DNA from: Utricularia gibba
Taxonomy: Eukaryota; Plantae; Magnoliophyta
Length of the DNA: 29,727 nt
Reading direction: 5' to 3'
Assembly (NCBI GenBank): GCA_002189035.1
Contig: NEEC01000171.1
Location: 1 to 29,727, forward strand
In this document: in pieces, positions 22,693 through 29,727 of the stretch
Layout of the letters: every line of letters starts with the position of its first letter
Numbering within the stretch: position 1 is the first letter of the stretch
Translations under genes and position numbers: made by a program
The notes under the pieces: model-generated
The model's input: the letters and a program-made list of their open reading frames with translations, nothing else
The model's database searches: none
Told to the model about the DNA's origin: nothing

Positions 22693-24116
22693 ATGTGGGA
22701 TTTCAGAGTTTTTTTGATATGCTGCGTATCGGTACCGGGATTCGCGTACCTGTTTTGGCTCTTCCTCCACCGCACTGCCCTCATCTACGTCCTCAAGAAA
22801 GGGTGCGAACGCCTCCTTGATTTCGTGCACGTTCACCAACGCTTCAGAGTCCCGGAGTTCGAGGACGAGGACGATCGCCGTGAGAATCACCTGTACAGAA
22901 TCGTTTCCCTCTACCTCAACGCCCTCCATTCTCTGGAGGACTCCGACTACGCGAACCTGAAATCTGGGAAGAAGTCAAATGAGATTCTTATATCGCCGGA
23001 GGGCAATCAGGCCATCGACGACGTTTTCCTCGGAGCTCGCGTTTCGTGGGTGAATCAGATCGTCAGGGACGACAGAAACTGCGTCGTTTCAAGGAGCTTT
23101 GTTCTCAGGATCAGGAAGAAGGATAGACGGAGGATTTTGCAGGCGTATCTCCAGCATATACATTCGGTTTCAGGGGATATCGAGCAGAGGGGAAGCAGCT
23201 GAAGATTTACAATAACCTTGATGGGAAATGGAGACCAGCGCCGTTCAATCATCCCGCGAGTTTCGATTCGCTTGTTATTGATCCTGAGGTGAAGGCCAAA
23301 ATCAAGAACGACCTTGAGACGTTTGTGAAATCAGAGCAGAGTTACCACAAATCAGGGCGCGTTTGGAAGCGGAGTTACCTTCTATGTGGCCCTCCTGGTA
23401 CCGGAAAATCTAGCTTCGTCGCCGCGACGGCGAAGCAGCTCAATTACGACCTGTATAATCTCAATTTGTGGCAAGTATCCGATGACGCTGATCTCTACGC
23501 GCTTCTGTTGCGAACCAGAAGCAAATCGGTGGTCGTCGTCGAGGATTTAGATCTGTATCTCAAGGGTCAACCACGGATTTCGTTCTCCGGACTACTGAAT
23601 TTCATGGATGGTATACTGAATTTACAGGATGAGAAGATCACGATCTTCACGATGAACTCGAAGGACGGAATCGATTCGGCGTTGCTCCGGCCGGGGAGAA
23701 TCGATGTCCATATATGCTTTCCGCTCTGCGATTTCAATTCCTTCAAAAATCTGGCTAGCAATTATCTAGGCGTAAAGGAGCACAAATTGTTCCCCCAGGT
23801 CGAGGAGATCTTTCTGAGCGGCGCCACCATAAGCGCTGCGGAGGTCAGCGAATTGATGCTGGTTAATCGGAACTCACCGAGCCGAGCACTCAGATCTGTG
23901 ATCCTAGCTTTACAATCGAACAGCAGGAATTCCGGAAAATCTATCTCGAGGATCAGCAGCACCCACGGTTCGTCGACGGCGGCCGAGATCACCGGCGGTA
24001 AAGATCCTACTCCACCGAAAGATCAGTTCCGTAAGCTGTACGATCGTCTAGGTTTGAAAAGTTGCTCAAAAATTGAACCGTCGGATATAGTCGAGCCAGA
24101 GACGATCGTACGGTGA
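22693..24116 (+). CDS. AAA-ATPase, At2g46620-like (BCS1-related), intronless; one apparent 1-bp deletion in GGGG at 23189-23192
   Basis: N-terminal TM plus HVHQRFRVPEF..LYRIVSLYL. The corrected frame gives KWRPAPFNHPASFDSL. Walker A GPPGTGKS, Walker B VVVVEDLD, SRH ALLRPGRID, and FKNLASNYLGVKEHKLFPQVEE follow. Confidence 0.92.
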
Positions 24117-24487
24117 AAAAGATGTTCAATGGTTGCTATACTTGTTTAGCAGTTGGTACTTCAAAGCTGTGTTCATTTATTCACACTTTTTTATTTTTAC
24201 CTTATTATTATTATTTTTTAATAGGCCTGTGTAGTGTGTACATTGATATTTGTTATTTATTTTTAGAATTAAAATGTTATATAATTCATTGGGCCTTGTA
24301 TTGGGTTTGGCATTTTTAACCCAACGCCTCAACATGGGCTCACAGAAGCGGTTAATGGGCCCATAAGTAGTTAGTTACCAAGGAGTCCAAGAATCGGTTC
24401 GTTCCTTGGGAGAATCGGCTTTATGCCCTGGCTCAGGCGACGGGTGTGATTCTTTTCAAGAGGCTGTTCAAGATGCCCGTTGAAAGT

Positions 24488-24880
24488 TTCCGTATTGTTC
24501 CTGATTATTCAAATGCAATATTACTGTTGTCGCGAACTTGTGGTGGAAGGGTGCACTGAAGGTGTTTGATGAAATTCCTGAAGGTTATGATATAGTAGAG
24601 ATTCAGCATAGAAGGTGAATGGTGAGATATTTACCAGGGGCTGATTCGGTTGTTCAGGGTTAAGGAAGAAATATGGAGGAAGGTGATTGTCTGTTGTCAA
24701 CTGAAGTGATCTACGAATCATGATTATCAGGTTTCTGCAGACTGTATTTTCTCAATGTGAGATCTTCTGCTCCAGATAAAGCTGTTACTGATCATGGGTG
24801 TGAGGGAAATGCTGAATTTGGATTGAAATTTTATGACTTTAAATTGATTCTGGTTTGAGGTTTCAGACTCTTTGGTTAGC
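24488..24880 (+). pseudogene. Degenerate P-class PPR gene relic
   Basis: PPR-like peptides in shifting frames: ALKVFDEIPE (24553-24582), FRVKEE/MEEGDCLLSTEVIYE/MIIRF (24653-24735), EGNAEFGLKFYD (24802-24837). Interrupted by in-frame stops and indels. Confidence 0.6.
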
Positions 24881-24990
24881 CTAAGAAGATTTATTAGGCC
24901 ATGGGCCGCCGACGCCTGGGGTTTGCATCAATCCTGAAATGGTGGAACATTTGGATGATCATGTCTTAGTTACTACACACCGTACATGAA

Positions 24991-25362
24991 TTAAACTTTA
25001 TATTGCTCGTCCAGCTCCTCCCGAATGGCCTTCTCAAGCCAAGTTACAGCATCCTCCATCATCTCTGGGCTCAACCTGATCATGAGGACGCAGAACTCCA
25101 TCTCGTTGAGCACACCATCGCCATCGAGATCCCCTTCTTCGACCATCGCCACAGCATCCTCATGGGTCATCCCCTGCAGACCCAGATGCTGGCAGTTCCT
25201 CTGCAGACTAGCGGATGTGATGAGCCTAAGCCCTGTCCTCGGATCCGCCAGCATCCGGAACCCAGCGCAGAGCTCCTCCATGAAGGCTTCCACGTCCAGC
25301 TTCTCCGCCATCACCGGAAGTAAGTCCTCGTACACTTCTTCCATTCCTTCCATTTGTTCCAT
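24991..25362 (-). CDS. KIC: KIC/PBP1-type single EF-hand Ca2+-binding protein, 123 aa, intronless
   Basis: YEDLLPVMAEKLDVEAFMEELCAGF..EGDLDGDGVLNEMEFCVLMIRLSPEMMEDAVTWLEKA closely follows Arabidopsis KIC. A TATAAAT lies about 95 nt upstream of the ATG at 25362. Confidence 0.92.
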   Translation of the reverse strand: MEQMEGMEEVYEDLLPVMAEKLDVEAFMEELCAGFRMLADPRTGLRLITSASLQRNCQHLGLQGMTHEDAVAMVEEGDLDGDGVLNEMEFCVLMIRLSPEMMEDAVTWLEKAIREELDEQYKV

Positions 25363-25451
25363 GTGAAAACGCTGACAGAATAGCAGTGATGGCAATACAA
25401 CTAGTTCGTTGTGTTCCTGCTCCTTGCTCTTGTGGGGATGGGGTAGTATTC

Positions 25452-25459
25452 TATTTATA
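25452..25459 (-). promoter_or_regulatory. TATA box of KIC (TATAAATA)
   Basis: Canonical TATA at a plausible distance from the conserved start codon. Confidence 0.55.
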
Positions 25460-26945
25460 CGTGGGAGACATGCGTCGCCCATGGATTTCAACGGAGCTAG
25501 TTTAAATGGCGAAATTACATCAGTATGAATGAAGAAGGTGAACGGAACCTTCCTCGCATGCCTTAGATACGGCAGCGTGGTGATTGATGCTGTGCAGGGG
25601 AAGGAAGCCAACTCACCCACCCTCCAACACATGGTTGATGATGGTGGCGAGGTTGCTAAGAACCTTCCTGGAACCTTCCTATGAATAGTACTTACCCCGT
25701 GTGATGATATTTTGGTATTTTATGGCGTTAAAAAATGAAAATATTAGTAGCTTTCATGACTTGTACGATACGGTCGCGGTAAATAGATCAGAAGCAACTC
25801 GGAAATTGTATTCTCAATCTTTATTGGTCAAGTTACATGTGGTCCATTTTTATAGAAGTCGCCTAAAACTATAGGGCATGCATCTAGTGGTCTTCAGTAT
25901 TTTAAAAACTGGTTAAATTTATTTTTAATTTAATTATGAAATTGACTTTATTTTTTAATAATTGATCATATTCAATAATTTTTAAAATATATCAATTATT
26001 ATTTAAATGAATAAATTCACTACTCGTACCTAGTTACAAGTTTAGACTGAATTAAAGGACGATATTTCATATTAGTTTTAATTGACTTTATATAATATTA
26101 TCTATTTAAAACATATATAATTCATAAGTTTACATTATCCTCTTTTAGGAAAAATGTTTTGTATAAGATTAAATATTATTTTATTTAAAACACATCTCTC
26201 TTATCCGTCCATAAAGAATATGAAATATCCTCACTAGATCCATGTGTTTAAGTTTACTAGCTAATCATATCTTACGATTTCTATTGTAGCATACATAGAG
26301 TAGTCTATTTCCACAATTTTGAGTAAGTCAAAATTGTTTTTAAAAGTGGATCTAACTTATGTTTTATGAGTTTTGGTTTTATTAATTTTAAAGAAAAATC
26401 CAAATGGATTCAATAATCAGAAATATTAAAAATATGTTTAGATTCAAATAAAAAAAATTTTTGTTATTTTTTCTTATGATACATATGTTAAAATAAATTT
26501 TAATTGGATAAAATTGATAAAAGTAAAATTTTATTTTTTATTATAATTAAATTTGAAAATTTTAAATTTATTCTAATTGATTCTGGAGTCCAACTATAAA
26601 TTTTAAAACGTCAGTTCAACTTATTTATAAGATTATCACACGTTGAATATTTTAATAAAAACAAAACGGGGCCCCATCAAACAATGGGTCAGCAGGATGG
26701 TTAATATTTAACATATAATAAAAAAATAAAAAGCCTGGAGGGAGAAGAAGAGGGGAGCCGAAGCGTCGCCCTCGTTTGCGAGTGTTTGATTCCAGTTCTG
26801 CAGTTGTTGAGCTAATCCATTTCTTTGGATCCAAGAAAAGTATTGGGGTGTTTCCTGGGGTTGTTTCCAGTTCAAGCATTTGTCGCTCGTTGCATTTTTC
26901 GCCGTTTTTCAACTGAGATTTGTGAATCTCTTCAGCGGAAAAGGT

Positions 26946-27897
26946 ATGGGTCTTCTCTCCAACGAATTGGGGAGAAATGAGATCAAGCCTGGAGATCATA
27001 TCTACACTTACAGGGCGGTAATTGCCTACTCACATCACGGTTAGCGATGTTTTTCAGATTTTCTTTTTTTTTTCTTCTTCGCGATCTGTGCTTTCTGATT
27101 TTCATCCCTGTGTAGGAATGTAAGTATGCGGGTATCTCTCTTTAGGTTAAATGTAGTGCCCATCTCTTATTTCTGTCTAGTTTTCCTGTGTTTGTCCTCA
27201 ATTAGGGCTGATCCGTTTGCAAGTTGCCTTCTTTGTTGATCTGCTTGGAGATCTATCCAGTAAAATCTTGTTCCACTCACATTGTGCAGGCATCTATGTC
27301 GGTGGTGGCAAAGTTGTTCATTTCACCCGAATCGACACTTTTAACACCACCGGTGATCAACCTTCAGAATGCCCATATTTTCCAGACTGTGGATTCAAGC
27401 ATCAAAACAGCAGCGTTCTCATTTCCTGTCTAGACTGCTTCCTCCATGAAGGATCTCTTTATCGCTTCGAATACGGAGTTGCCCCACCAGTTTTCATTGC
27501 AAAACTTCGCGGAGGAACATGCACCATGGCCCCATCAGATGATGGCGAAACAGTTGTTCATCGAGCCATGTATTTGCTTCGAAATGGATTCGGCAAGTAC
27601 CATATTTTCCAAAACAACTGCGAAGACTTCGCACTATACTGCAAAACCGGACTGCTGATATCTGAACGTGCTGGCATTGGCACAAGTGGGCAAGCTTCAA
27701 CCTTGATCGGTGCACCTCTAGCAGCCATGCTTTCTTCTCCTTTGAAAAGGCTGATGCCAAGTCCGATTGCGGTGGCCACCGTTTCTACAGGGATGTATTG
27801 TCTGAGCCGATATGCAACGGATATCGGCGTCAGGAGCGACGTAGTGCAGGTAGATGTGGAAGATCTGGCTTCCTGGGAGATTGAGAATCGAAGCTGA
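26946..27897 (+). CDS. NC (LRAT-like) domain protein, 233 aa; exons 26946-27039 and 27290-27897
   Basis: [25 protein letters not shown]|[53 protein letters not shown]. Phase-1 GT-AG intron. Confidence 0.93.
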
Positions 27898-28550
27898 GAT
27901 TCCATGCTTCTGCTCATTTGTTAGTCATTGATCTGAAAGTGTCCTAAACAGATGGATGGATTTCCTTGATGTGAAGGTAGGTGTAGAAGATGAAGTGTTC
28001 TCTAAGTCTATTAGAAATATAGTTATTCCTTCTTACTGATCATCCTTAACTAAAAAATTTGTCTGAAAATATGAAATAGAATGAGAGTATCATCACATTT
28101 GTAAATAATTTTTAATGTTGTCGAGTATATACAGGTTTTGAAAGTAGATAGGTGTTCATGTTATATATATATATATACATATTTTACTTAGGTGTATGTG
28201 AAAGAATGTGATAATATATATATTTATAAATGGCCTGTTTGAGGAGTAGTAGTCGGTTTAAAAAATTAAAAAATTAATCATTAAATTATTTTGAATCATA
28301 AATTGCAAAATTTAAAACAAATTAAAATTGAATTTACAAATGATTGACAATTTTTTTTTAATATTGAAAATCACGAGCACAAGTCGTCGAGACTTATCCA
28401 AACTCAATGTCGAAACGCTGTCGTTTTCCACAGCGACCTTGCACTCTCCACACTCCGCCACTATGATTAATTTTGATTAATACCAATTTATTTTATAACG
28501 TGTACTATTTTACCGCCCTTAGGTTTTATTACTAACGAGGGTGATGATGA

Positions 28551-28569
28551 CACGTGGTCCACGCACGTG
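28551..28569. promoter_or_regulatory. Paired G-box/ABRE-type motifs (GACACGTGG and CACGTG) upstream of the last gene
   Basis: CACGTG at 28551-28556 and 28564-28569. Confidence 0.5.
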
Positions 28570-29071
28570 ACTTGGAATGGAGACGCATGAGTGCAACCGC
28601 AGGTAAAAGCAGGGCCTTCGGTTCGGGATCAGCGGGGATCCGGGATCTCGGGGATCAAAGATTAGGACTTTGAGAAGGGGAAACTGCTAATACGAAGGTT
28701 ATTCAGAGTTCGTTGGTGATGGGCTGCTGTGCTCACATGGGTGTTCGATTTTCGCCTCCCTTTTTGGGATAAGTATTGGTGGTTGCTGATATGGGTTTTG
28801 GGGGGTTTGGGATGGGAGGGGAATCGGTTTGCTTCAGAATCTGCTCTCTTTTTTATTGGAAACTGGAATCTGGAATCTGCTTTCACCTAGGTTGTAGATT
28901 GGGATTATTGTTCTCTTTGTTTGCTTTTCGTACGTGAAATATGTATTTGTTTGCTTGAGATAACTGTTCTTTGATGTTATTGGAATTTCGCGTGGATGTG
29001 TTTTGTCGGCTGCATCTGAGAAGTTTGTGCTTCTAAATCTAGATGGTATTTGCAGAGAGAAATGAGGAGAA

Positions 29072-29727
29072 ATGGCACTAGCAGAAGCTAGAGCTGCTTG
29101 GCAGAGAGCCGCGAGTAGGTGCTTTGTTCAAGAAGATGCAAAGAGAGCTCCAAAATTAGCATGCTGCTCGTCGCTTGCTCCTTTCCAAGAACCTGAGTTG
29201 AGGCCTGCAGATGCAGCCAGTGGCCAAGAAATTCCTCCTGGTGATTTTTCGCGGTTGGATCCGGAACCTGTGTACTGTAATTTATCAACTAGGTCGCAGT
29301 GGTGGATGCATCTGCAGCAAGGTTATGGACACCAGAGCAGATTAATGGATGAGAAACTTACTGTGATGAGTGACGTGATGAAACTTCCGATTTAACAGAA
29401 GCTTCACAAGACTTTTTAGTCAATGAAACTGACTTTGTGATTGTTGATCAGACTTCTGCCGAATCTGTCCTTAGTTCCCAGTTTTTAGTTAAAGAAGAAA
29501 AATTCAATTCATTTGACACCTGTGGTACCAGCATTGATGGGAAGAAAGCTCATGATGGAGTTAAAGTTGTCGAGAGTACTCTTGGTAATTACTTTGATCC
29601 AGAATCTTGTGAAAAGAGTGGTCCATGGTGGCAGAGTGCAGGTGCTGAAGAACTGGCGTTTTTAGTTGCACAAAGATCTCGTGGCATGATTGAGAACTGT
29701 GACCTCCCATCACCTCTGACTGCTTGT
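29072..29727 (+). CDS. Conserved uncharacterised plant protein (AEARAAWQR..CFVQEDAKRAPKLACC family), 5' part only; apparent 1-bp deletion at about 29377
   Basis: Characteristic N-terminus. Adding one G (GTG GAT) reopens the frame to the window end, including the family-like PWWQSAGAEELAFLVAQRS..IENCDLP. A probable 5'UTR intron ends at the AG at 29054-29055. Confidence 0.8.

Noticed and set aside
25363-25632. 90-codon in-frame N-terminal extension of KIC in the ORF track
   Set aside because: It runs through the TATA box at 25452-25459 and has no similarity to KIC proteins; the conserved start is 25362.
25680-26650. AT-rich intergenic tracts (also 4080-4520 and 27950-28500) as possible MITE/Helitron remnants
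   Set aside because: No terminal inverted repeats, target-site duplications or Helitron ends identified by eye.

Overview
Gene-dense nuclear DNA from a flowering plant, probably a eudicot with a compact genome (introns mostly 70-250 bp, no intact transposon seen). In order: an At3g28040-type LRR receptor-like pseudokinase (-, runs off the window start), a bHLH128/129-type (FBH-clade) transcription factor (-), a Myb/SANT-like coiled-coil protein (+), a PAP15-type purple acid phosphatase/phytase (+), the clock gene LHY (-), a MIR166 hairpin (-), an At2g46620-type AAA-ATPase (+), a decayed PPR relic (+), the EF-hand protein KIC (-), an NC/LRAT-domain protein (+) and the 5' part of a conserved uncharacterised plant gene (+). 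Five genes are broken by single-base indels, almost all in homopolymer runs and concentrated in the first 3 kb; these look more like long-read consensus errors than true pseudogenisation. I found no convincing new multi-gene system. The best leads are a uORF whose stop codon abuts the LHY start codon, an apparently spliced pri-miR166 pointing at the LHY promoter, a PPR relic that retains site II promoter motifs, two unexplained near-open reading frames, a possible 4-nt microexon and a GC-AG intron. Family calls come from recalled motifs, not from database searches.
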